Notes under the pieces: generated by a model | What the model was told of the DNA's origin: nothing | Databases searched by the model: none | Seen by the model: the letters and a program-made list of their open reading frames with translations, nothing else | Source: Macrostomum hystrix | Taxonomy: Eukaryota; Animalia; Platyhelminthes | Direction: 5' to 3' | DNA length: 64,000 nt | Assembly: GCA_950097015.1 (NCBI GenBank) | Contig: CATNEN010000025.1 | Span: 3,658,001 to 3,722,000 of the forward strand | Shown here: positions 34,541-46,243 of the stretch, in pieces | How positions within the stretch are numbered: position 1 is the first letter of the stretch | Layout of the letters: the number at the start of each line of letters is the position of its first letter | Made by a program: the position numbers and the translations under genes

Positions 34541-34987
34541 TCCTTCCCTTCCTTCTTCCCTAGATTCATCCCTCCCTCCCTTCTTTCTTCCCTAGATTCC
34601 TCCGCCTCCTTTCTTTCTTCCCTAGATTCCTCCCTCCCTCCCTTCTTTCTTCCCTCGATTCCTCCGCCTCCCTTTTTTCTCCCCCAGATTCCTCCCTCCC
34701 TTCTTTCTTCCCTAGATTCCTCCCTCCCTTCTTTCTTCCCTAGATTCCTCCGCCTCCCTTCTTTCTCCCCCAGATTCCTCCCTCCCTTCTTTCTTCCCTA
34801 GATTCCTCCGCCTCCCTTCTTTCTTCCCCAGATTCCTCCACGTCCCTTCTTTCTTCCCTAGATTCCTCCCTCCCTTCTTTCTTCCCTAAATTCCTCCCTC
34901 CCTTCTTTCTTCCCTAGATTCCTCCCACTCCCTTCTTTCTTCCCTAGATTCCTCCCTTCCTTCCTTCTTTCTTCCCTGGATTCCTAG
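34541..34987. repeat. Pyrimidine-rich minisatellite of about 28 bp (TTCTTTCTTCCCTAGATTCCTCCCTCCC)
   Basis: Directly visible; about 45 nt from the exon C donor. Confidence 0.9.
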
Positions 34988-35031
34988 TTAAAGTAGCTAA
35001 CAGTGTTAGGTAAAGCAGCAGCAAAACTCAC

Positions 35032-35080
35032 CAGATCTGACCTCGCTATCCGCCGGCTTGACCTGCATCGGCCTGCTCAT
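35032..35080 (-). CDS. CELF: CELF exon C (49 nt, RRM1-RRM2 linker)
   Basis: MSRPMQVKPADSEVRS; acceptor CCTTCCAG| at 35081, donor CTG|GTGAGT at 35031. Confidence 0.92.
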
Positions 35081-35967
35081 CTGGAAGGAGAGCATGGCGC
35101 AGGAATCGTGTCGGATTCGACTCAAATATAGGATGAACTTCTGACGGCAATGCGCCTGTGGTGTTTGCATCTTCTCTTAAAGCCAGCCTTTTCTACCTGC
35201 TCCATAGCCCATAATATGGCCCCTCCCCAGTCCTCCCATTTGTCTTTCACTCTAAACCGGAATAAAAGTGGCTGGCATCTTGCTGAAGCGAGTCAGTATT
35301 TTACTCTTAAAAGAGAGAACGAGAGAGATAGAGGCCGCGAAACTGCGCACAATACTGTACGAACAAGCGACATCCCCCCAAACACCGGTCTCCTAAAACT
35401 GCTCCCATCTTTTTTGTTCTCATTCCATCCCATTGTTCTGTTTTTTAGCCTTTAAACCTCGACACTAGCGAGCTGGTCAGAGCTAATCCTTGCTTTGATT
35501 TCATTTTTTTCTTGCCTTTATTTAAATCTAAAATGCATACTCTAAGTAGTACCAACAGGGACATTTGCTGCAATGAATCAAAACACAGTTGCTAACTTTA
35601 AATTTTACGAACAAGACTTTGTGGCAACTGAGAATCGGTTTCCTAGAATCCGATTTCCTTAAATATTGTTCATAGAATAGTTTTCCTAGAATCGCTTTCG
35701 ACGAGTCGCATTCCTGTAAATAACTTTACTCGAATTATAAAACAATAGTTATTTTCATAGAAACACTATTCTTAGAACCGCATATTCCTAGGCTTTCTTA
35801 GAATCGCCTTCTTCAAATCGCATTCCTAGAATGGATTTCCTTAAATCATCTTAATTTAAAAGCTTTCTTAGAATCGCTTTACTCATATTCACATTTCAAA
35901 AATTTTATTGAAGGAATTTTTATATGAGCACGTTTTTTATAACCGCTTTTCTAGAATTGCTTTCTTC

Positions 35968-36131
35968 GAATCGCATTCCTAGAATCGCATTCCTAGAATC
36001 GCATTCCTAGAATCGCATTCCTAGAATCGCATTCCTAGAATCGCATTCCTAGAATCGCATTCCTAGAATCGCATTCCTAGAATCGCATTCCTAGAATCGC
36101 ATTCCTAGAATCGCATTCCTAGAATCGCATT
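35968..36131. repeat. 14-bp repeat (GAATCGCATTCCTA), about 12 perfect copies inside degenerate flanks 35635-36335
   Basis: Directly visible. Confidence 0.92.
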
Positions 36132-37086
36132 GATAGAATGGCTTTCGTGGAATCGCTTTGCTCGAATTTCAGTACAAGTGTTATTTTCAAATAATCACTT
36201 TCTTAGAATGGCTTTCCTAGAAACGCTTTACTCAACTTGCAGCATAATAATAATTTTTTAGAATCGCTTTCCTTTAACACTTTCTTATAATTGCATTTCT
36301 AAAATCACTTGCTAGAATCGCATTTTACGAATCGCCTTTCGATGATACCTCAATTTGAGACTGTCCACTTTCTGACAATGACATCTGGCAATCACAATAG
36401 AATTCAATAGAATTGCTTTTAGATCGCAAATTACGCTATGATCAATTTACCGTTTGCGTAAATTCTGCCGCAGTTCTCGCTCTAGTCGCATTGAGATGTA
36501 AAATTAGCCTAAATTATGAGTAGCTTCCACTAGACCATGGCGTGCATGCCAGCTCTGTGCAAGTAGCGATTCTATTTTTAGAACTGACCCAAGATTTTCA
36601 CTGGATGCTACCCGAAATGGTTGATTTTCCATCAAGAATAAATATAGAATCAGCCTGATGGTGCAAGCTAATAAGGTATCAACTGGCTTGTCCTGAGGTT
36701 ATAAAATCTCTGCAAAAATCTATTGGCCCGCTCAGCAGCAGCTCGTTCTATTGGCAATGGCGCAAACTGCACGAGACAGCAGCCCGGATAGTCGAGCCAG
36801 CCGCAGCAGCGGTAGCCATGGCAACCAGCAGAGGCGCCAAACCACCCTCAAAGCTGTCGGCCGGTGGATCCTGAAGCACCTGATTAGCTTTGACGATCCG
36901 AGAAGGCCCAGACTAGAGCACCAGAGATCTATGGGTTGTCGCCGTCTGCCTTAGTGACTCCGTGTGACAAGTGCAGTCAGTTGCGTATGCTTTTACCGCT
37001 TTGTGTATTATAGATCGTTACTAATGTGAGAGCTTGTAGCTCGAGAGGGGAGTCGGGAGTTCGAATCTCAGCCAATCGCAACCAAA

Positions 37087-37388
37087 GGGAGGTTGTAGCC
37101 AAGCCTGGTGGTTAGAGCGTCGGACTTACGACTTGAAGGTCGGGGGTTTGATTCCCGATTCCACTGCAACAAATTGTGTCCCTTAGCAAGACACTTAACT
37201 CTGCACTACTTCAGTTCACCCAGCTGTTAAATTGGCTAGGTTAATTGAGGGTTGGTGTGGCTTTCCCCAGTCCATGGACTGGACAGCCGTACGCAGCCTT
37301 CAGATGCCCCGCGGAATAGCTGCGGCTGTGCTGTCGGCTGCACATCCGGCCCGATTGGGGCAGGTGTAATCAATTATTATTCTTATTA
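37087..37388 (+). mobile_element. tRNA-derived SINE (CORE-like central block), near full length
   Basis: Box A TGGTGGTTAGAGCG, box B GGTTTGATTCCC, TGTGTCCCTTAGCAAGACACTTAAC block, (ATT)n tail. Confidence 0.82.
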
Positions 37389-38077
37389 TGTTAACCAGAG
37401 CTATAAAAAACCAAAATGATCTGGGGTAGAAATTTGGATTGGTTTTTGTTCGCCCCCGCTGTCCACGGACTGAACAGCTGTACACAGCCTTTGGAAGCGC
37501 CCCACTTAATAGTTGCGGCTGTTACTTTTCATGATATAATTTTGTATTATATGCATTACCCATGTTGTAAGTAACTATTCAACTAACCAGAATTTTTACT
37601 ATGAAAAGTATTCACTTTTGGCATTGTCAGAATTTTGCATTCATTTTTTCACAAAACAAAAATTTGTAATTTTTTTGTGTAAATACTTACCATCTCGATC
37701 ATTAATTTTGTTTGAAAATTGTCATAAAATAAGTATTCAATATTTTTTATAATATACGATGCGACAAATAAAAAATCTCTACCGTACGGTACTCTCTTAA
37801 TAATACAAAAACACCGACAAATGTACTCTTCTTGGACGTACATTTTTATACAGAGCTATGTTGGACAGTTCACAAAATAGGAACGAAAATTAAAGAGGTC
37901 TATTTTTAGCATTGACACAATAAGCAAAGCTATTTAGGTGTCAACAAACCATTGCGCGTTAATACTTTGGAACTGACAAGTACTAAAATATGCGTACCAA
38001 TGTGTAAATTAATTCATCATAGACTAGCTCTGTCGCATCTAGAGATCCTAATACCCCTAGAGCACCTAGAACCCTAT

Positions 38078-38752
38078 AGATCCCCAGATCTCTAGATCCC
38101 CAGATCTCTAGATCCCCAGATCTCTAGATCCCCAGATCTCTAGATCCCCAGATCTCTAGATCCCCAGATCTCTAGATCCCCAGATCTCTAGATCCCCAGA
38201 TGTCTAGATCCCCAGATGTCTAGATCCCCAGATCTCTAGATCCCCAGATCTCTAGATCCCCAGATCTCTAGATCCCCAGATCTCTAGATCCCCAGATCTC
38301 TAGATCCCCAGATCTCTAGATCCCCAGATGTCTAGATCCCCAGATCTCTAGATCCCCAGATCCCTAGATCCCCAGATCCCTAGATCCCCAGATCTCTAGA
38401 TCCCCAGATCCCTATATCCCCAGATCTCTAGATCCCCAGATCTCTAGATCCCCAGATCTCTAGATCCCCAGATCTCTAGATCCCCAGATCTCTAGATCCC
38501 CAGATGTCTAGATCCCCAGATGTCTAGATCCCCAGATCTCTAGATCCCCAGATCTCTAGATCCCCAGATCTCTAGATCCCCAGATCTCTAGATCCCCAGA
38601 TCTCTAGATCCCCAGATCTCTAGATCCCCAGATGTCTAGATCCCCAGATCTCTAGATCCCCAGATCCCTAGATCCCCAGATCCCTAGATCCCCAGATCTC
38701 TAGATCCCCAGATCCCTATATCCCCAGATCTCTAGATCCCCAGATCCCTAGA
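38078..38752. repeat. 16-bp minisatellite (GATCCCCAGATCTCTA), about 42 copies
   Basis: Directly visible; reverse-complement degenerate copies at 39253-39527. Confidence 0.95.
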
Positions 38753-39252
38753 AGATCTCTAGAAGATCCTATTATTGGTCCCGCTGCATCCATTTCGACC
38801 ATGTCCAGCTTATCTTGTCTACTTCCGGTACAAAATCGGTGTTTCTTTTTATCTAGAGCAAAAGTTCTTATGCAGCTACTTGGAAGTAAAGTAATGAGCA
38901 CCCGGCTGGTAATTAAAGTGAAAAGCATCGAATTTCGGGGGTCACTCACCCCTGGCAGTGTCTGCTTCTCGTGTAGGGCGGCTTGGCAGTGAAGAGCGCT
39001 CTCGCGGTGGATATAGGTGAGAAATGCGCAGCCTGCGGTATCAAGGTGAGCAATATTTTGAGCAACTGATAGACAATTTGTTATCTAAGGGTTTGGTAGC
39101 ACAAAAAATGAAAATAAAATAGCTTTTCACACCGGAAAAACGCGAGATAAAAAGAAACAGCGGTTTTGTACCGGAAGTAGACAAGATAAGCTGGACATCG
39201 TTGAAATACTCGTAGATGCAGCGGGATCAATAATAGGATCTTCTAGAGATCT
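38753..39252. repeat. Inverted repeat with unique arms of about 100 bp (38753-38854 / 39145-39252) enclosing CELF exon B
   Basis: AGATCTCTAGAAGATCCTATTATTGGTCCCGCTGCATC..GTCCAGCTTATCTTGTCTACTTCCGGTACAAAA..TGTTTCTTTTTATCT matches the reverse complement of 39145-39252 with few differences. Confidence 0.9.
38950..39032 (-). CDS. CELF: CELF exon B (second half of RRM1, 83 nt)
   Basis: (G)[27 protein letters not shown]; acceptor CCGCAG| at 39033, donor GGG|GTGAGT at 38949. Confidence 0.93.
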
Positions 39253-39537
39253 GGGGGTCTGGGGATCTAGGGATCTGGGGATCTATGGATCTGGGGATCT
39301 AAGAATCTGGGGATCTAAGGAATCTAGGGATCTAGAGATATGGGATTTAGGGAACTGGGGATCTAGGAATCTAGGGAACTGGGGATCTAAGAATCTGGGG
39401 ATCTAGGGATCTAGAGATATGGGGGATCTAGGGAACTAGGGATCGAAGAATCTGGGGATCAAGGGATCTAGGGAACTGGGGATCTAGGGAACTGGGGATC
39501 TATGGATCTGGGGATCTAGGGATCTCCAGATCCACTT

Positions 39538-39655
39538 GCCTGCGGTGTCAAGGTGAGCAATATTTTGAGCAACTGATAGACAATTTGTTTATCTAAGGGT
39601 TTAATGGCACAAAAAAATATAAAAAGAAAATAGCTTCTCACACCGGAAGAAAGCT
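39538..39655. repeat. Direct duplication of 39031-39140, including the exon B 3' splice site
   Basis: GCCTGCGGT(A/G)TCAAGGTGAGCAATATTTTGAGCAACTGATAGACAATTTG..ATCTAAGGGTTT..AATAGCTT..CACACCGGAA is present twice. Confidence 0.9.
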
Positions 39656-40599
39656 TCCGGCTTTGAAACAGGCAGAAAAACGAATATGAATGTCAAATTC
39701 CAACAAAAAATTATAGAAACCAAGTTAATATGTATGACAGTTATACAGATCTTATAATCGAAAACCAACTTCATCACAGGTGAAAGAAAAAATTAAACCC
39801 TTTAGTTTGAGAATCTTCCCTTGAAAAGCAAATCGCAAAAATTAGGCAAAAAAGTCAAACTAACATTCGCAATGTTTCCAGGAAAGTCTACCTGAAACCG
39901 CTACAGCAACTCGTGCTTTTGATCATGAACCGAAATTCATATTTAGTCGATTTTTTTGCGTTGAACTTGAAATTCAAGCAAACTCGCGTGGGCTGAAAAG
40001 TTTTTTAGGAGCATCAAAATAGGATTTTAGGCACAGATACTTGTAATCAGCATGGATTCGATCAGAAAGAAGGATTTGGGAATAAAAGTTTTACTGCTCG
40101 TTATTGAAACTTTTAAGCATTTGATTTTAATTATTTTCGACTAAAAAGTCTTAATTTTTTGACCGAAAGATCGGGAGTTCGAATCTCATCATTCATTTGT
40201 TTATTCCTACTACTGGCAAAGTCTACGATCTCAATTCCATTGCAGCAACAGCAGAAGCTGTTTATAGCTAACGGAAGGATTGCTGAGGAGGCCAGACAGC
40301 GAAATCGTTGGGAAATTGGATGCGAATCGGGAGGTTGGGAGAAATAATTGTTCCCGCATGAAGACAAATTTCCGCCGCTCCGCTCAGCGCGGAAGACAAC
40401 AGACTCAGCAGCAACTGCTTCTCCAGCAACTTCCGATCCCATGACTGAGGGGCGGCCCGTTGTCTTCCTGCTCAGCTTTCGCTCTGCTGATTCTGAAGAA
40501 TCCGAAATAGGCGGAGAAGGGGCGAGGCGAGGGCGAGATGCGACGAAGGAGCGGCGAAAAGCGGAATTAAAAAATGTCGCATAAAAGGAGGTGCGAGTT

Positions 40600-41240
40600 A
40601 GGGCGGATTAAAGACGGTTGGATTAAAGAGGATGGGTTAACGAGGGACGGATTACAAGGGTGTGGATCAACGAGGGTAAAATAACGATGGGGGATTAATG
40701 AGGGTGGATTAAGAAGGAATGGAGTAAAGTGGAGCGGATTAACGAGGGTAGGTTAAAATGAGAAGGATTAAAGTAGGGTGGATTTACGAGAGGAAAATTA
40801 TAAAATGATGGATCAAAGTGGGGTTGAATTAACGAGGAGGTGGATTAACGAGGAAGTGGATTACCGAGCAGGTGGATTAACGAGGGTGGATTAACGAGGG
40901 GTGGATTATCGAGTAGGTTAATTAACGAGTAGGTGAATTAACGAGGAGGTGAATTAACGAGGAGGTGAATTAACGAGGAGGTGAATTAACGAGGAGGTGA
41001 ATTAATGAGGAGATGAATTAACGAGTAGGTGAATTAACGAGAAGGTGAATTAACGAGTAGGTGAATTAACGAGGGGTGGATTAACGAGTAGGTGAATTAA
41101 CGAGTAGGTGAATTAACGAGGAAGTGGATTAACAAGGAGGTAGATTACCGAGCAGGTGGATTAACGAGGGTGGATTAACGAGGGGTGGATTAACGAGGAG
41201 GTGGATTAACGAGGGGTGGATTAAGTCGAGGTCGATTAAA
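40600..41240. repeat. Degenerate repeat of about 16 bp (GGTGGATTAACGAGGA / GGTGAATTAACGAGTA)
   Basis: Directly visible; most homogeneous at 40915-41130. Confidence 0.85.
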
Positions 41241-43287
41241 GAAGGGCATAGAAAGGCGGGTTCAATATAGGGGCGAGTGATTTTGTGTGGCGAAATCGGT
41301 TGAGTTCTGGCTTTGGCTCGGCGCGCAGGTGCGAATAAATTAATCGTTCTGGCCGTCTCAAAATTATAAAAAACAGCTGGGCCAAATCTTGAGTGAGGAT
41401 TGGGGGTGCCATTCGGCTCTCGATGGCCCATTTCGGCTGCTGAGGAATACAGGGATGAGGCCAGTTGGGGATCGGGTTTTTTAAAAGTGACGCGAGAAGA
41501 ATAAGGGGCGGGATAGAAAGTCAGGATGAGGATTAGGGTACGCTGGGAGGATGCCCCGCCGTCTCAAAATCTGGCCTCGCCTTGCTTTCGCCCTCGCCGA
41601 ACCGTCAGCTCCCCCTTCCCCACCGTTCGTTTGTTGCATTCGCCCTCCGCTCCACCCTCAGCCTGTTGCCACCTGGTGCTCACACCGCCACCAACCAGCC
41701 GGATGAGGAGGAGGGTTGGTCGGCTCTTGCCAGCCGCGCCAACGTCCTTCCCGCTTTGATAAATTTTTAATTACTGCCCGCCCACCTCCACCACCCCAAC
41801 TGGCTGCTTCGGTGAGCGCTGGGAAATCATTACCGAAGCGGCCCTCCGTAGGTGAGGAGTGTCGACCCTCCCCAGCCGATCCCCCTCTCAGGGTTTGTAA
41901 TCCCCCATTTTTTCAACTCCCTGTCTGCTTGTGCTTGCGCGTGTACGGACAAGGGGATAAAAATGCGGGATTAACAAAGAAGAATATGGGATAGGGGTTT
42001 GAGGATCTGAGGATAAGCAGAAGGATTCGGGCCGATTGAAAATCCAAGGGGATTGACGATTGTTTCAAAGAAGGAACTGAAGAAAAAAGCGAAATTGTAC
42101 CTGCATAAAGCGCTAAATCTGTGCTTTTTGAGTCTGATTTCCTTTGCGAGTATCGAAGGACCGAGTCGCATCTTTTGAGAGCAGCAGAAAGCATCTCTTT
42201 GCATACCCTGCCCTCAACAACTCGAAATTCTTGCCAGAAAAATCTACACGCGGTGGCAGCCGAATTGCCCGGAGGGCGTCGCGGCCGCCGCCGCCTCGTC
42301 CAGCTGGGAAAATCTCACGCGCCCACAATCCCCAAGGCAATAATCCGACAACTAGACGGGTGGCACCTCCCAGTCACTCGAGTGTACTTGCTAGAGTACT
42401 CAACAATGACAAGGCGATTTTCTGCAGTGTCTTCGATTCGGGAACATTTTCTACGGATAGATTAAATCTACTAATATAATGGACCTTAGGGCATTCCAAA
42501 GTGGCTGGTTTAAATACAAGACAAGATATGGACAATCTTAAAAAAATTTCTTTTTCAATCTTTTTCACTCTGCGCTTGTATGAAATTAGAAGGAGTTCTC
42601 TTCAGTTGTAGTTTCTGCAATATGGCTGATTTAATGGAAGTTTCTTCAATGCGGCTGATTTAACGGAAGTTTCTGCAATCTGGCGGATTGAACGGAAGTT
42701 ATTTAACTTTTGATTGGATTTAACGTATTTATGGGTAGAATTAAACGAAATGGATCAGACCTGGCAGTCAAGAAAACGTTATCATATTAATGTGCACAAT
42801 TTTTTTCTCATTTTTTCTCGCTCTTGCGTTTGTTTTGTTTTTCACGCAGCCTTTTGACTGCACTTTCTGCTCTCTCCCTCTGTCTTCAACTTAGCCAGCC
42901 ATTATTTTTCTTCTCTTTCCCTCGTCTCTGATTGGCTCACTCTTCGTTTCTCTTTCCTTCCCCCTCCCCCCACTTTCTGGCCCGTCCTCACACCTCCAAC
43001 CCCTCTTTGTCTCGTGTTTTTTAAATATAATGGCTATCGGCCTTAATCTGATTCACACTGCAGTCATCGTACACACGATTATACATCGAAAACTAGTAAT
43101 TTGATGGCTGTGAACGAGCCTTTACTGCGAAAATTCAATTCATTTCTTTACTTTCTTTTTATTATCGATTGTGGAAGTCATTGCAATGCCTAATTTAAAT
43201 TAATAGAAAAAATCATATCTTTTCATTTCTTGGTGTTTTAAATCAAGAAAATATATCTGAAACCAGTTGCAAGATTTAGGAAAGTGC

Positions 43288-43735
43288 TAGATTGGGCTTT
43301 GTGTATTCAGGATTAGGATTTGAGAATTCTAGATTGGGCTTTGTGTATTCAGGATTAGGATTTGAGTATTCTAGATTAGGATTTGAGCATTCTGGAACAG
43401 GATTTGAGTATTCTAGATTGGACTTTTTGTACTCTGGATTAGGATTTGAGTATTCTAGATTAGGATTTGAGTATTCTAGATTAGGATTTGAGTATTCTAG
43501 ATTAGGATTTGAGTTTTCTAGATTAGGATTTGAGTATTCTAGATTAGGATTTGAGTTTTCTAGATTAGGATTTGAGTATTCTAGATTAGGATTTGAGTAT
43601 TCTAGATTAGGATTTGAGTATTCTAGATTAGGATTTGAGTTTTCTAGATTAGGATTTGAGTATTCTAGATTAGGATTTGAGTATTCTAGATTAGGATTTG
43701 AGTATTCTAGATTAGGATTTGAGTATTCTGGATTA
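43288..43735. repeat. 21-bp minisatellite (CTAGATTAGGATTTGAGTATT), about 21 copies
   Basis: Directly visible; the ORF 43292-43765 (SRLGFEY)n is an artefact. Confidence 0.95.
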
Positions 43736-44901
43736 TGTTTTACGAATTGTAAAAATTGGGCTTAAAAATTCTCAAAACTGAGCCGGGTGAGACACTTATT
43801 TTAGATTCCCAGTTATTGAAATGAAAAGGCTAGATATTTATAAAATAGAAAGCTAAAAAATGCACATGAAGTATGGAAGTACAAGTGAGAACGGGTTTGA
43901 GTCGCTCTATTTATTAATAGTGATTTAGAACAATCCACATAAGAGTTTTAGGCCCGATAGTTGAGCAGTTTGAGATGGCGGTCGTGCAGCAGGCCAGCTA
44001 TATGGAATATAACTCAATGAGAGATGAAATATAAATCCGAGTCTGCATTGATGAATGACCCGCAGCGCTAGAAATGCATCTAGGCAGGTGTGCGGCAGGT
44101 ATAGGAAGAAGCTAGTAAGCGGGGCGGACGACTGACTGCAGTGGGCCGCCTGGGGATTAGGGGGCAGTCCTTGGGTTTCGAGTCGACAGGTGCGCTTTCA
44201 GATGCAGTCCTAGGCCGTGCGACAGAACAGGCGAGGCTTTCAAAACTGCCAAATTTTGACTGATGGCTAAGGGAAGCTTTGGTGGAGCCGAGTGGGAAGG
44301 CTGGCGTTTCCTAGAAATCTCTACAAAGCTCTGGTACTTCTTTTTTGCGGGAGAATATCGAGAGTAGCTTTTCAGCCGCGGCGCTTCATCTGCGAGTATC
44401 TGGGTTCGCAACAAGTCACCCACCCACCCCACAGCTTAGGCATTCGACGGCTTTTTGTTACAAGAAATATAGAATTCAAAGGGGAGAAATGGGAGAAAAC
44501 GATGCAGTGATCCCGGGACACGCGAGGCCGCCCGCTTTCAGCGCCAGCTCAAGCGTCCCTGAGCCATCTGCTTTGGCATTCTGCCGATCGGCAATAGCAC
44601 GCGATTCCCAGGCGGGGCGAAGAGAGAAAGAGCGGTGGGGATGATGAGGGGGATATTTTTGTTTAGCTGGGGATAAATTTTCATGGCTGCAGCAGGACTC
44701 AAGCCTCGGAGACTGATGATCTGGGGCCGATGACACAGACAGCTAATCCACAGCCTCGGGAAGTCAACGAATTCAGAAAGACGGAAATAGACAAAAGCAG
44801 CACTCCTACACAATGAGAAGTCAAATGCGGCCGCTCCTGTCTTGCATAACACCCACCTAGAGCACTTTTATCATTGCAAAACACGCACCTAGGTACCTAG
44901 G

Positions 44902-45536
44902 TAGAACAGTTCCATCCTGGCATAACACCAACCTAGAACAGTTCCATCCTGGCATAACACCAACCTAGAACAGTTCCATCCTTGCATAACACCAACCTAG
45001 AACAGATCCATCCTGGCATAACACCAACCTAGAACAGATCCATCCTTGCATAACACCAACCTAGAACAGATCCATCCTGGCATAACACCAACCTAGAACA
45101 GATCCATCCTTGCATAACACCAACCTAGAACAGATCCATCCTTGCATAACACCAACCTAGAACAGTTCCATCCTTGCATAACACCAACCTAGAACAGATC
45201 CATCCTGGCATAACACCAACCTAGAACAGATCCATCCTTGCATAACACCAACCTAGAACAGATCCATCCTTGCATAACACCAACCTAGAACAGCTTCACC
45301 CATGCATAACACCAACCTAGAACAGATCCATCCTTGCATAACACCAACCTAGAACAGTTCCATCCTTGCATAACACCAACCTAGAACAGCTTCATCCTTG
45401 CATAACACCAACCTAGAACAGATCCATCCTTGCATAACACCAACCTAGAACAGTTCCATCCTTGCATAACACCAACCTAGAACAGATCCATCCTGGCATA
45501 ACACCAACCTAGAACAGCTTCACCCATGCATAACAC
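44902..45536. repeat. 32-bp tandem array (ACCTAGAACAGATCCATCCTTGCATAACACCA), about 20 copies
   Basis: Period 32 (GTTCC at 44941, 44973); about 25 nt from the exon A donor. Confidence 0.95.
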
Positions 45537-45562
45537 ATTGAATAGTTTTGAACAGTTCTCAC

Positions 45563-45812
45563 CCTTGTGAATGCCAGTCAGCTTGTCTTTGAGCACACTG
45601 AGCTCAAGAATGGGGCCGAACTCTTCGAACAATGGCCGCAGGTCCAGCTCTTCCATGTTGCGCGGAATTTGGCCTACAAACAGTTTCAGGCGCTCCGCCT
45701 TGGCCACCAGCGGAGTGCCTCCAGGGCGAGTGGCGTCGAATACTGGCTGCTGCTGCTGCTGCTGCTGCTGATAGAGATGATGAGGCTGAAGATGCTGTTG
45801 ATGATGCGGCAT
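45563..45812 (-). CDS. CELF: CELF exon A (poly-Gln N-terminus, first half of RRM1); full gene about 513 aa over 7 exons
   Basis: [43 protein letters not shown]; donor AAGG|GTGAGA at 45562; upstream acceptor AATTCAG| at 45843. Exon lengths 250+83+49+209+123+442+386=1542 give a continuous frame. Confidence 0.9.
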
Positions 45813-46243
45813 TTCGATATATCGGCCCACTGACTGGCTAATCTGAATTGAGCAGAGTGACATTCGCACTATCGGTTCCGTGTATCGGTTGAGAAGAGCA
45901 GATCAGCAATGCCCGGCAGTTCTTATTGCTAGTCTCACCTGGCACTGATTTGGCTGACAACACAAAGGAGGAGACTAACGCTAAGGGTGAGGAAAATACA
46001 GGTTTTGATTGAAAATAGTGTTGCTGCCTACTTGCCGAATCAAGCTGTCAGAGCCGATTTCCAGCCTTCCTCCGTAGAGATCATCTGATTGGCCAGACTG
46101 CTCCTTCAGCAAGGCTTAGAGATGACAGAATGAGAATGAAATGAGATGCAGGCAGAAAATAAGCGAAAATTGCTACAACGTGGCCAGTCAAAAAGCGAAC
46201 TAGTTACTAACAGTTCGAATAGAATAATGTGTAAATGAGACAA

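Noticed and set aside
36735-36880. Possible poison exon (minus strand, VLQDPPAD..stop)
   Set aside because: Acceptor AATCAG lacks a pyrimidine tract and no convincing donor was identified.
27625-37170. tRNA genes at about 27630-27700 and 37090-37165
   Set aside because: A and B boxes are present but there is no clean cloverleaf and both continue into a shared SINE body; called SINE heads.
40131-42568. Many short GC-rich ORFs in CELF intron A-B
   Set aside because: No domains, consistent splice phase or codon pattern; likely non-coding or regulatory.
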